Assembly: GCA_022813865.1 (NCBI GenBank)
Contig: JALDZX010000040.1
Coordinates: forward strand, 1-64,000
From: Xylographa opegraphella
Lineage: Eukaryota
Direction of reading: 5' to 3'
DNA: 64,000 nt
The translations under genes and the position numbers were made by a program. The notes below the pieces were generated by a model. That model did no database searches, was not told the DNA's origin, and saw nothing but the letters and a program-made list of their open reading frames with translations. Positions 47,290-59,052 of the stretch are shown here, piece by piece (position 1 is the first letter of the stretch; every line of letters starts with the position of its first letter).

Positions 47290-50200
47290 TCAAATGAAGG
47301 CCGGAGAACTTCCTTCCTCGGTGATTCTGCCGGTCCTCCGCTTACTCAAGAACAATTCCACCATCTTCTGGCTGCCCGCTGCCTGCTTCTCCGTCGTGAT
47401 CGCCTCCAAAAACCCTGCCCCTTTCGTGACCAACACGTCGCTCGGAGACGGCATCGGAGTCAGGTCATTGATCGCCTGGTTTTCTTGGAGATGGCCCATC
47501 GTATGCAATCCATGATCGTGCGCTCTCATGTTCTCCTTCGACCGTGTAAAATGACTGCTTTGCATCCGCCGTAGGCGTTCTGCTCGTTCAGGGCTATAAC
47601 GATGGTTCCTGGTGTTGGGTGATTGGCTGTGTGTCTTGACTTGAGCATCATGATGTTGGAGAACATTGAAGTTTTTGTTCTCCGCTAATATTCTGGAGGT
47701 ATCCATATGACACCCATGGCGAGGTGTAAAGGGAGATAGCGGTGTGATTGGTCTCAATCCGCTCACATTGGAGCGGACTTCCGAGGGGGCGTATCCTGGA
47801 ATGCCCGATGTCGATAGTCTCCCTGACGGAGTAGAAGATATGGGTGCCGCTTCAGAGATTGGCCTAGAAAGATCAACCGTCTCAGTTGAGATTGTCCTTT
47901 CAATCGTCGGGTATCGCAAGGGTACTTTTTCCATGGTCTGATCAGAAGCTTCGCGGCCGAGTACAGGCCTTGAAACAGCATTGGCTTGAACCACAGCTAA
48001 AGGCTGTTTGGGTCCCGAGCTTTTCCTACGATGATTGCCAACAACAACATCATCAGTATCGATCTGAGCATTTTCTCTTCGATGAGTGGCACGTCTCCTT
48101 CGACTCATCCCCAAGAGATAATTTTCGGCCATACTGTGGCCCTCAAGACCTTTGACTTCGGCAGACATCCAGCCGTTCCATTCGTCTGTGCTCTTCGCGC
48201 TTGATGCTGTCACTGCCGCAATATTGGCGGACGGGCGCCTCAGAAGCGATGGCGAAGCCATCTGTACGATTGTAGCTGTGCCTGGGGTACTGTTATCGGA
48301 TCTAGACAGTGATAGCGATGTTCTAAAGGCTTTAGGTGTCCCATTAGGACTTCTTGAATAGATACTACTAGAAGTAATGGAGCCCTCAATTGGTATCGCC
48401 ATATGCCTCCCAACAGTAGTGATAGCTGACTCATTGGTTGTTGCCATCTCCCTACTCGTAGTATCACGTTCCTCTGTCATACTGGATCGTACTGCTCGCC
48501 GATACGGGCTAGGATTCCGGGGCTGGTAGTGTACGGCGGATGGAAAGAAGGCCGACTTTACTTCGCGTAGCGGTCTTCTCCGGGATTGCCCACGGCTCTC
48601 ATTACGCTCGGCTATTTGCTGATAAGTGAGTTCTCGTTCCGATACCGAGCGAACAGCTTCGACAGGCTTGCGCTTAATAGAAGATGCGGGCGAAGACCTA
48701 AAAACGTCGTGTGAAAAGCTTCGTGTGGATGGCGCTAAACCAAAATCAATCGCATCAACAGTGCTAATTTTGTCCTGCTCTGGTAAGCTATCGTCTGAGT
48801 CTTGTGGCAGGAGTTTTATCGTCTGTCCTATTTGTCCTTGAGAGTCTAGGGAGAATGAATGCATAAACTCGTTCGAAGCTTGCGGCGAGGTCCTGGTGTG
48901 CACTGTGTATCGCTGAGATTCTGACCCTTGATATACATCGACACGATTGTGCTCGTCGAGTCTTTTTTGCAGGGCTGAGTAGACCCGCTGGCTATCAAGT
49001 TGACCTTTGACTTTAATGCTTCCTGCGGCTCCACGCAGCGGCTTTCGGAACACGGCGTAACCTTTCCGAGCAGCAACACCTATCAAGCCTGCAGATGATG
49101 ATGGCTGATGAGGACCACCATGCTCTTGAATGATTGAAAGACGTTTCCTTTCGAGGATCTGCTGTTTTGTCAACGAGTTCCCCGCTGTTGAGTTTGTCCA
49201 GCTTGTGATGCGAGATCTGCCAATGCTTGGGCTTCCACTTCGCACACTTCGAATACTACCCGGACTTCCAGCTCGCTCAAGTTGAATGGGCATTTTGTGT
49301 GTGGATGGACTCCGGGATTGTACGCGGGAGAGCAACTCACGATCTGGTGTTGGTGGTAGGGGACCCTCACATTCCAAACCTGAACTTGCTGATATATAGT
49401 TACCAAAGTGGGCACGTTTTGCCTCCACCTGCTGGCTCGGAAGAACGTTTGCATTGTGCTCATTGCGATGAAAAACATTCCGCAGCTTGTTCTTCCACGT
49501 CGCCGATATATTTCTTGCCCTGTCTCCAAGACCTTTTGCCTTGACTGATGTAGGAACTGGATCTGAGCCGATGGCATTTCCGTAACTATTGGTACTACTA
49601 GTGCGGACGGTCCTGCGGAAGGCCTTTTGTGCACCTCGTTGCCGTAGACTGATCATTGAAGGGCGCTCCTTCAGCCTTTGTTGCTCCAACTGGTGTAGGT
49701 ATTGATCTCGTGCTAGTTGTATTGCTGCGTCTTGATCGTAGCTTTGGCGATAGGAAGAGTTCATATTGCCTGTATTCTTGTGCGAAGACAGGTCAATCAC
49801 CCCTGTGTGGGCTATCATTGGCGGTAGTCGTTGATCTTCCTTTTTAAGGGACCCATTACCCTGCAGCTCATTGCTACTCGGGGTTGCGTTGGTAAATGTG
49901 AGAGGTTGACCTCTTCGAGGAGTAAACATCGACTTGGACTTTCTGAGTCTTCGATACGATGATGGCGTCGAGGATATTGATTCTACTGGCGGCAAAGCCG
50001 TTAGATGATGTTCAGGCTCATATATCGGCGATCCAAGTGGTTTTTGTTCTGGTCTTGTATACTGCAGTGCAAGACTTGCATCAAAATAGCTAGGAGCGTT
50101 GCGCCTAGTGATGGGGCGCTGATGTATAGGTACCGCCGTGGAACCCGTGAAGCGGACACTTTGTCTTCGTCGTAAAGGCTTGTCATGCTGAACATGTTTG

Positions 50201-50424
50201 GTGGGATGCTCGCGATTAAGTAGAGGCTCGTAGCTATCGCCAGAGGTTCGCATCACACCCGAAGCACGTTCGAAGGCGATGTTAGCTGCAGTCAGAGCAT
50301 GTTGACGCGCAACTTCGGGGTCTGTATACTTTAGCTCCAAGGCAGTACCTCTTGTCTTAGCAGAAGCGACCGACTTCGCCCGCCCTAGTCGTCCAGAAGT
50401 AGTACTGTTCCCGCGTGAGAGCAT
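47290..50424 (-). CDS. Conserved fungal low-complexity hypothetical protein (~1044 aa)
   Basis: Long intronless ORF; first ATG at 50424 (MLSRGNS..RLGRAKS). Ser/Arg-rich, with blocks RRRQSVRF, SRITSWTNS, RKRLSIIQE and C-terminal MVELFLSKRR..PAFI. Confidence 0.8.
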   Translation of the reverse strand: MLSRGNSTTSGRLGRAKSVASAKTRGTALELKYTDPEVARQHALTAANIAFERASGVMRTSGDSYEPLLNREHPTKHVQHDKPLRRRQSVRFTGSTAVPIHQRPITRRNAPSYFDASLALQYTRPEQKPLGSPIYEPEHHLTALPPVESISSTPSSYRRLRKSKSMFTPRRGQPLTFTNATPSSNELQGNGSLKKEDQRLPPMIAHTGVIDLSSHKNTGNMNSSYRQSYDQDAAIQLARDQYLHQLEQQRLKERPSMISLRQRGAQKAFRRTVRTSSTNSYGNAIGSDPVPTSVKAKGLGDRARNISATWKNKLRNVFHRNEHNANVLPSQQVEAKRAHFGNYISASSGLECEGPLPPTPDRELLSRVQSRSPSTHKMPIQLERAGSPGSIRSVRSGSPSIGRSRITSWTNSTAGNSLTKQQILERKRLSIIQEHGGPHQPSSSAGLIGVAARKGYAVFRKPLRGAAGSIKVKGQLDSQRVYSALQKRLDEHNRVDVYQGSESQRYTVHTRTSPQASNEFMHSFSLDSQGQIGQTIKLLPQDSDDSLPEQDKISTVDAIDFGLAPSTRSFSHDVFRSSPASSIKRKPVEAVRSVSERELTYQQIAERNESRGQSRRRPLREVKSAFFPSAVHYQPRNPSPYRRAVRSSMTEERDTTSREMATTNESAITTVGRHMAIPIEGSITSSSIYSRSPNGTPKAFRTSLSLSRSDNSTPGTATIVQMASPSLLRRPSANIAAVTASSAKSTDEWNGWMSAEVKGLEGHSMAENYLLGMSRRRRATHRRENAQIDTDDVVVGNHRRKSSGPKQPLAVVQANAVSRPVLGREASDQTMEKVPLRYPTIERTISTETVDLSRPISEAAPISSTPSGRLSTSGIPGYAPSEVRSNVSGLRPITPLSPFTPRHGCHMDTSRILAENKNFNVLQHHDAQVKTHSQSPNTRNHRYSPERAERLRRMQSSHFTRSKENMRAHDHGLHTMGHLQENQAINDLTPMPSPSDVLVTKGAGFLEAITTEKQAAGSQKMVELFLSKRRTGRITEEGSSPAFI

Positions 50425-51199
50425 GTCAACATTCTGGGTTGTCACTTATGGTAAAGATTGTCAATACAGCTCAATGATGTACATCAGGAGATGTGGAGAA
50501 CAGGTAGTTAACCAAAAGAAATGTGGCCTGCAATGGATCAAATGCAGTTGATCAGACGCGGTACTATCTGGGAATAGAATGTAATAACTGTACAAAGAGA
50601 TAGGAAAGCAGTACATGAGGAATTCCCATGGAACATGAGGAAGGGGCAAAGGCCAGTACTTCTCCAATCGCTCATCATCACGGATGGAAAGTGCGATTGG
50701 TCTTGAGTGAGAACAATCGTATATTGGAAAGAAAGGGTATTAGCCCTCATTTAGTCTTATACAATAACCATGATATTGAAGGCAACTTGAACAAAGGTTC
50801 ATTTTTGGAATTTTGACATTATGAACTAGCTGGTTCGCCTCAGTGTCGGTACTGTACGTCTACCCTTCACCACGATGCGGTGTCCACAGAAGCCAGTAGT
50901 TCATCATGCGACACACGATGTTCAAGTCAGAGCCGGCACTGATGTATAGTTATTAGATTCGGTATACAAGGAGAAGTAAACCCTAACCGAGGTTAATTCC
51001 TCGAAAATCAAAAGAACTTTGCCACTACTTCGTTATATAGTGTCGTAGCGGCTCACGATCTGAAGTACAGTAAGTAGTACTCTAATAAGGGCTGAAACCT
51101 GGAGTTAATCTCAACGCGAAGGTTTCGTGGTCAGATATTGCAGCTATCTTGTAGTCTAAATTTAACTTGTTGAAGTCCCCGCTACGAGGCTTCGAAACA

Positions 51200-51596
51200 A
51201 TGCCGTCCTCGTGCAAAGATATCCGTACGTGTATTCCCGACATCTTTGGACTGTCATGAACTGATGCCATCATCGGAAGGCGCTGCTCTTGCTGCATGTC
51301 TACAGAACTCCGACTGTGTAATGAAAGACCGGAATCTTCCCGCTGACTGCCTTCGACCACCTTTGGTCGACACGCTCCCCACCCAATGCCAGCAGTTGAA
51401 GCGCGGTTATGGAGAGTGCAAGAGGGGGATGGTCGATATGCGGAAGAGATTCCGTGGCAACCAACCTATCGCTGTGAGCCAAGAATTGGAGGCTGGCGCT
51501 GGACCTGGAGCGAAGCAATTGTACGGAGGGAAGCCGGCTGTGGGAACAGTAGTGAGGACCACTGACGGCAGGGAAGAGAGGCAAGATGGAGGTTAA
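51200..51596 (+). CDS. PET191: Cytochrome c oxidase assembly factor Pet191/COA5
   Basis: MPSSCKDIR|AALAACLQNSDCV..DCL..QCQQLKRGYGECKRGMVDMRKRFRGN twin-Cx9C pattern. Intron 51225-51279. Confidence 0.93.
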
Positions 51597-51880
51597 GATG
51601 CTTCATGTGGGCTTGAGTCATTCAGACAAGCAGTCAAATACGTATATAGCGACAGATGGCGATATCCTGCATCGGATGGCGTTATAGTGGCGGTTCACTC
51701 CAACAGATGTAGGATTAAAACGGATTTTTATGGTAGCTATCTAAATCTACCTTATGGCATGTGGTACCCATCCAAGCCCCTCCAGATTAGACTTCTGTCA
51801 TGTTACGATTTCGTTACAAGGATCTCCAAGGAAGCGTCACCGACTTTTTGATATCCTATCTATTCATACACTGTTATAGT

Positions 51881-53455
51881 TTATTGTATTTTCTTGCCTC
51901 GAGCGGCGTCGAATGCAGGTTCGCTCCAAAGCCAGATGGCCACAAACGCTACCCAGCCTGCAATGGTAACCCAGATGCCTGCAATCCATACCCATCCACC
52001 GCTGATCATCCAACTCCTCGGCCATTCGTCGTGAGCAAAATGTCTGACCGTGACCTCCTGCTTGACATCAACGCTCGTCATGAAAGGCCGTTTGTAATTG
52101 ACCTTGAAAGCAAATATTCCATGCTGATCTGGTAAAGTGAATGTAGTACTATAGAAGGTGCTGTTCGGAGTAACTTGGACTGGGAGAAGAGCGAGGCGGT
52201 GAAACGGTGACAGCATTGAAAATTCAAGTTGAAGAGCGTCTGAAGCGGGAATGGTTGGTGGCGACCAATGTGTATGCGTGTATTCAGAAAGCTCGACAGT
52301 AAAAGTCTTTTAGGAGAATTCAGCATACGCATTTGCAGGGACAACAACATTTCTTACCACGTCGTTCTTCACTCGATAGATATCTGGGTTCAGGTAACCC
52401 AGTTCAGTTAGACTGTTGTTCCCTGATTTCCCCGGCTCGATCGAGCTGAGACGATGCTCGACCCTACCAACTTTCAGAACGCCAGTCTCCATGAAAGTCC
52501 ATTCGGTTAGCTGTCGCGCAAATTCTCGATTCGCGGTCTTGCTTTTCGAACCCTGTACACGTTGCACAGAAGCATCAAACCAAACATCCTCAAGCGCTTC
52601 AACAGATCCAAGTACAGTGAAGCGGGCGGAGTTCCGGGCCTGCATAGCTGATACTAGAGCAATCTGAGTGCCCGTCGCGAAAGGATCTTCGACGGTGTCT
52701 GCCTCTTCTTTGGGGTTATAGCTATATGCCGTAACGTCTGCCTGTAAGATCGGGGCAAGGAGAGGACTTAGGTTCCCTAACTCCTGCGCTACAGCACGAG
52801 GAAATGCTATAGTACCATCACCACTGAAAAAATGTCTCAAATCGGTCCTAATTGACGATGGTTGCGGCAATAAGAGCACATCATGCTTCTCGCTTGCAGA
52901 GATTGTATCGTAATTGAAGTGATCTACAACAAGAGAGGTCCGGTCAGGTGGAAGCTGGATATCGAGCTCAAGAAGAAGGGATGAGATCGCGGTTGGTGTG
53001 GAAGAAGCGCCGGAGAGAGCCAGGAGAATGTTCCCATTCTTGTTCACGAAGTCGAGGATGAGCTTGGGAGTCAATGCAGGACCAAAGCCTTCACAGAACG
53101 ATCAGCATGGCAATCTATCAGGCTATCCCATGTTTCCAAACCTCTTGACTTCGGGGGAAGGAGTATAACATGGTCGAATGCTAGCTCGTCATGCTTTAGC
53201 AGTGCCAGTTTCTCATTCTTGGGCGAGTCGAAGGATATCGAGAAGCCGCGTCCTATGGTCAATTCATTAGACACCAATTCTTAACGAGATAGCTGCAATG
53301 GTGTGGGGCACACCTCTCAGATCACTCCAGAACTGGGAATATTTCTCTTGTTCGGCGGCTTCCTCTATCACAACAAGTAGTCTATTACCACTACTGCTGA
53401 GCCCATGTACTAGGACCGAGACGGAGACAAGGAGAAGAGATAGGAGCCACCGCAT
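51881..53455 (-). CDS. WBP1: Oligosaccharyltransferase beta subunit (OST48/Wbp1), multi-exon
   Basis: Signal peptide, ILDFVNKNGNIL, LVVDHFNYD, MQARNSARFTVLGS, LPDQHGIFAFKVNYKRPF, RHFAHDEWPRSW, TM and a KKxx ER-retrieval end (GKKIQ). Confidence 0.96.
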
Positions 53456-53783
53456 ATTCGTTTGTTGACTGAAGCTTCATTCGCGGATTTCAGATCCTCG
53501 GGAGACGTGTTTCCTTCCGTGCCAAGACATTGAGGGTTTACGTAAGCATATTCCGCTGCTTCAGCCAGTCGTCGCACTAACGCGCAGAGGCTTAGTGCTC
53601 CCATGCCTGAGGAACCTACGGCGAGGCATCTGAAGCTTCTTGATTCAGAGGACCAATAAATGTGGTGTCCTGCACTGTGCGCTATTCAACAATGAAGAGC
53701 AAGCACTTTACCTGATCTTAGCCCATATTCGCCTCGTTTATGTCCGGTACTAAGTGAAAAGTTTCTCGAACAACAATTCCGAG

Positions 53784-54147
53784 ATGTCTTCACCACGCTT
53801 CTTCTCCACCCCCCTCCACTACCTCCGGTGGGCCTCCCACGAAAAACCAGCGATATTCTATTCGATGATAGTTGGTTCAATGGGTCCGGTAGTGGTTCTC
53901 ACCGTACCACCGTTACGGAGGAGGTTCGGAGACGGGCCACGGGAACCTATACCTCTTACTTATCCAAGTGAGTATGGCTGCTTTCGCACATCATAATAAG
54001 CATCAAGCCCTACTCATGTCTTTAATATATGACCGCATACTCTCATTGTTTCTAGATATCATTCATACCTCCAGAATTCGATTAGCTGACGTAGTATAAT
54101 CAGTTCCCAGTGGACCTAGGAAGATTCCGGATGGATATGATGATTGA
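53784..54147 (+). CDS. NADH:ubiquinone oxidoreductase 9.5 kDa subunit (NDUFA3-like)
   Basis: PRFFSTPLHYLRWASHEKPAIFYS..GPV..PPLRRRFGD..IPLTYP|IPSGPRKIPDGYDD*. One intron ending at 54103. Confidence 0.9.
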
Positions 54148-54631
54148 TATGTGGATGATCGTAGGGCAGATTCTAGGGCAATATCAATGTACAAAAGCAT
54201 TGATGTTGAGCATCAAGACAGATACCAGAGAATTGGTTGGTTTCGGAGACTACAATACAGGGCAATTCGGGAACCTTACAGTAGCAGCGGATTCTATCTA
54301 CCAAGAGACTTCAAATGCATCAGAAACCCTAAATTCGCTCTGCAATTATCAAGATTTGTATTTGGAATATTTTCAGTGCATAGACTTCAGCCCAAATTGA
54401 GCATCCTACAACTTTTATCCAACCTCTGGCCATTTTTGTGTCCCAGACGTCGTAATAGAGCCAGCGTATTATCAATGATGGGAAAGCCTCCACTTTACTT
54501 TCGAAGACTGTTTACTGGTACCCGAAGCTTCCCAATGGTACAAAGAATTAGAGTAGAGACAGCTGTAAGCCTTCCGCCTACCATATATGAAAGTGCCTTT
54601 GGTCGGACCAGAGGCTTCAGTTAATATACAG

Positions 54632-55899
54632 TTAATCGCGATCTGATCCCTCTCCGCCAGTTTCAACGTTCCATGGATAGTCGTCTTCACTGACCTCTAG
54701 ACAGACCAGATGGTTTGGCCGATTATGATCCTGGAATTCGAGCTGCGTACAATTGGCCATTAGTGGAGCAACGAATGCTTGCACTTCCGCTTTGTACCCA
54801 TTAAGATGATTCTCGAATACGGTCTTTCCTTTCTGAGTCATAGGAAAGTAGAGATGGAACCCTTCCCGTTGCATGCGGTCCAAGTACGCGCCACCACCTT
54901 TGCTAAGTAGCAAGTAGAAGCTATATCCCCCGTCATTTGCCTGTAGATTACTGCCCTGGCATATGTTCTGGGCAAACCATTGACGAAATAGACAGAGCCC
55001 CATCCAAGAATAGATGTCATTGGCGTAGCTCATCCGTCCAGGATTATCAGATTCTGGTTTCTGAATTTTGGCAGAATAATGCCCAAGAATCCGTAGTTCG
55101 AGAGCTTCCTTTTCAAGTTGAAATTCTTCATACTTTCTCTGACAGATTTCCATGATGGGCAAATCAAGGTTGGCATGCTCTTCTTCTTCCAACAATTTCC
55201 ACTTCCCAACCAAGTGAATGAGGCTATCCTTAAAGATGCTTGGCGAACGAATCCGACACGCGAAGTTTGCCCATTGGACAGGGTTTTGAGAGATCGATTT
55301 GAAGAGGACTTGGCCTTGGCGGAGTAAAGCAACGTCGACAGATTCTCGAATTGCATCAATACATTCGTATTTCTCAGCAAGGTTAACCATACCCATGCAG
55401 TCGTGAAGCGCGGTAGCTAGGTTTCTGCTATCGACATTGAGTTCCTCATTGTAGAAAGAGCGAAAGACGTTGTCATAGTGCTTGAGTTTTTCGTTGGGAG
55501 CCTTTCCGTTCTCGTTGTCCAGAAGGGAGCTGAGCGGAGCACAGTATCCCATATGGTTGATGGGCTGAGTATGGTTAACCAATATTAGCAATAGTATTGA
55601 CATGGTTGACACTGATGAGATTGCGTGTGAAACACAAGCATGGAAATACGTACCCTTGAAATAAAGTGTGGGTTACCGGTCTCTGTTCCAATAAGATCAA
55701 TGCGGTAACGAAGGTTGACACCATCTTTTTTTGCCTTCGTAGATAGTAATGCACCGAGTTCTTCCGTTAAGAACTGTGCAAAAAACCTAGAGGCGCGACG
55801 GAAAACACCAGCATGAAGATGATAAATACGGCCGCCTGGAAGAGTGACTTGGAGGTCGCTATCAGCATACTTTGAAGAGTGTGAGAAGTTCAAAGCCAT
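54632..55899 (-). CDS. Fungal BTB/POZ-like hypothetical protein
   Basis: Exon 55899-55654 (ADSDLQVTL..IYHLHAGVFRRASRFF), intron 55653-55565, exon 55564-54632 (LAEKYECI..RIRSPSIFKDSLIHLVGKW..CLEV..DYPW). Confidence 0.75.
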
Positions 55900-57271
55900 A
55901 ATACTATCCCATAGAAGAGGGTCAGCAGACAATATAAATTGAAGCTAAATGCACGAGATGATCTTACGCTACTTGGATCAGTATCAGACGTTTTTCTGGA
56001 AATAGAACTTTATGATGAAAGGTGGGAGAAATTCGAGAACTATGTATCATGGGAGTCAGCAGTAAGGCCTTTGGAAATGAACGACAGCTTATTTAGAAGT
56101 GACTCAATGGCAAACAGGAAAGCAGATCCCGAGAGCGAGCGCGTTGTTCATAAGATTAGGAATAAACATTAGTGGGTGTTCAAGTAAAAGCTATACCTTA
56201 TGTACAACACCAAACTGTCCTGGAGTGCGGCTTTACAGATGCAAGAGAAAGAGAGGAAGGAACTTGTAGATAGTCGTAGGAGGAGCTCGACCAACCTGTA
56301 ACATAACTTGGGACCGAGGGTGTCAATGAAAAGGGGAAGTGCTGGTGAAGGAAGTGAATGAGATGACTGGCGTTAGAATGCCTTGTGATGGTGTGATTCA
56401 GCGAATGGCCCTGTGGCAAATTCACAATGTGGTGATGAAACATTTCGGCAGAAGAACACAGGCTTCAAGCTTCAATTTGCATACAACACGAGGGTCGCTT
56501 CCTGGAGTATAAGCTTGATGTTGTATGTGTATCAGGCTACCATACCAAATGCTGACCCAATGCAATCACATCGGAGAACTCGGAGCATGCGAGACCTAAG
56601 TGGAGGAATGACTATTACAATAGACGCATACAAAACAATGTGAGAAAGGGCTTCCGAGGAAGTAGTTAGGTACAGTGAAGAGACCATGCAGAGTATGTTG
56701 TAATGCTTGACTCGAGATGGGTTGAACAAAAGTCATGGCCGGATGACAAGAACATTTACAGTTATTTCGACTGGATATCAAAAGACTTTGGGATAAGTGA
56801 ACACGATTCTGGTACTATAAAGCTCTTCCCGTACAAACAGGAGCTATATAGACTGCGCGGAATCAGACTTAAAGTCAAAGTATATTTTCCTGAATATCTC
56901 GGGAGGACACATAGACGCGGGGTGACTATGGCATTCTATCTAGGACCTACAAGCGTGTTCTACGATTCATCCCAGTAAGTGTCGGATGGCACGAACGATA
57001 TTCAATCACGTACCTATGCGATCTATAGCAGACTGAAGCATAGCGAATCACCTGAAGAAGCTGACAGTAGTTCCTGTCATGTTTTCTTGCTCCAATGTGG
57101 AGGCGTCTACGTGATGTCTGACTCATCGGTAGGTTGGTTATTTCAAAAATCCTAACATCTTTCGACTCTACGGAGTACATTGGTCAATCTTGCCAGCATT
57201 CCCAAAGCATACATTCAAAGAGTGTGTTAGTCAACTGGATCGTTCATATTTCATTAGGCTTTCCAATCGCT

Positions 57272-58682
57272 ATGGCTCAAGCGGCCAGCGAACTGCCGCT
57301 GCCGGTCCATCTTAATGGAAGTACTCTTGAAGGAGGCGGCCAAGTTAGTGCTCGAAATTAGCTCTGTGTGTTTCTCTTGACAGATAGAACAGTTGCTGCG
57401 GCTTGCGCTTTCTATATCCTCTGTTATGCACATACCTGTTCATATTAGTGATATTCGGGGCAAGCGGGGTCCCAAATCAAAACCTGGAAAAGTTGGAGGT
57501 CTGAAGTCCGCACACCTAGCTGGTGCTGAGTGGCTTGCTCGAGCTACAGATGCAACAACAACTGGATTGACAATCAAGAGCCGAGACCTAGTCTTTCGAC
57601 CTACGTGTATCAGGCCTCCTTTAACTTCTATTACTGGTTTCACGCAAGAGCATGAGATATTCAAGAACGGAAGTACCGAATCACCAAACGGGGTCTGGAC
57701 AAATGTTTACGTCGATGAACGGCTTGTGAAGCGGACTAGCCACATTTCAATGTCCTCCCCCGGATCGATATTTCTCATATTGCAAGCAATTCTTCCCTAT
57801 ATTTTGTTTTCATCGTCATCATCTGTGGAATCTGCAACACCTAATGAACCAATTCCAATCCGACTTACAATAGATGGAGGCACCAATGTCTTTCATTCCT
57901 TATCGTATGAATATGCATCACAAGTCTTGTTTCCGATGCTCCGTTCAAAGGTCGGAATTGGTTCGATTGACATGATACTACATAGGCGTGGCTGGTCTAC
58001 AGGGAGAGCCGACGTTGGAAGTGTAGGTTTTGACATCACGCCAATAAGGCCTGGTCATAATATATCAGCCTTTTCCTTCACAGATCGTGGCCATGTCAGT
58101 AAGATACATGTATCAATTCTTGCAGACACTTTTGCGGCAAGAACCTATATTCGGGATTTGGTGACAAAACAGATTATGAGAAGATACGCAAATATTGAAA
58201 TTCTGTTTCCCGTTGATGAGGATTCAAAGCATAGCAAGCGGTTGTATCTACTTCTTGTTGCAGAAACTTCAAATGGCTTCCGATTAGGCCGAGATTGGCT
58301 CTACGATGAGAAAATTAGTGGGGATAAGCTCGAAAAAACTCTTCACAGGCTTGTCTCAAAAGTTGTGAAGGATCTCGAGGATGAGCTGGCGCATGGCGGG
58401 TGTGTCGATGAGTTCATGCAAGACCAAATTGTCGTCTTCCAGGCATTAGCCGAAGGGCGAACGGAGGTTGATGGAGGGACTGATAGAATAGCTAGTCTGC
58501 ATACACAGACCGCGCGATGGGTAATTGAAACACTATCTGGACCAAGATTTGTGGGCGGGCATTGTCACGGAATCGGCCTGCAAGCTGGAGATCTATCACG
58601 GAAGAATTCGACCGGTTTAGCTGAGGCTGAGGATATCGAAGCAAAGCTTTCAGGTCTTTCTGTCAAATCACCGACTAGCTAA
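57272..58682 (+). CDS. RNA 3'-terminal phosphate cyclase (RtcA-type)
   Basis: LEGGGQ|LLR, IRGKRG..GGLKSAHL, GSIFLILQAILP, GGTNV, RRGW, CVDEFMQDQIVVFQALA, SLHTQTA. Intron 57344-57392. Confidence 0.9.
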
Positions 58683-59052
58683 GTTAGAGGTAGACTCCGA
58701 TTCAAAGCACCCTTTACCGGTATCTCGTAGGCAGCACCTGAGCGCACTCGTAGAGTTTGGGACTCTGTCGTAATCCTCAGAAATGTTTGAAGCTATAAAA
58801 TTGACTGGATAGATTGAAGCGATCATCATGCGAACGGGAAGTAGTCGTCGAATATGTTGAGAAGTGGAAGTTTTGATACGCTTCTGATATGATGGGATAG
58901 AAGACCCCTGGTCGTCGATTTTCTTTCACATGCCCGCGTATGACGTCTGGCCACAACATTGACAACAGTCGACTTTAACCTCAACTCTATCCAATGGCCT
59001 CCGATGTACGCATAATCTCTGGTTGTTGACATGACCACGAGTCTAGATCAAT

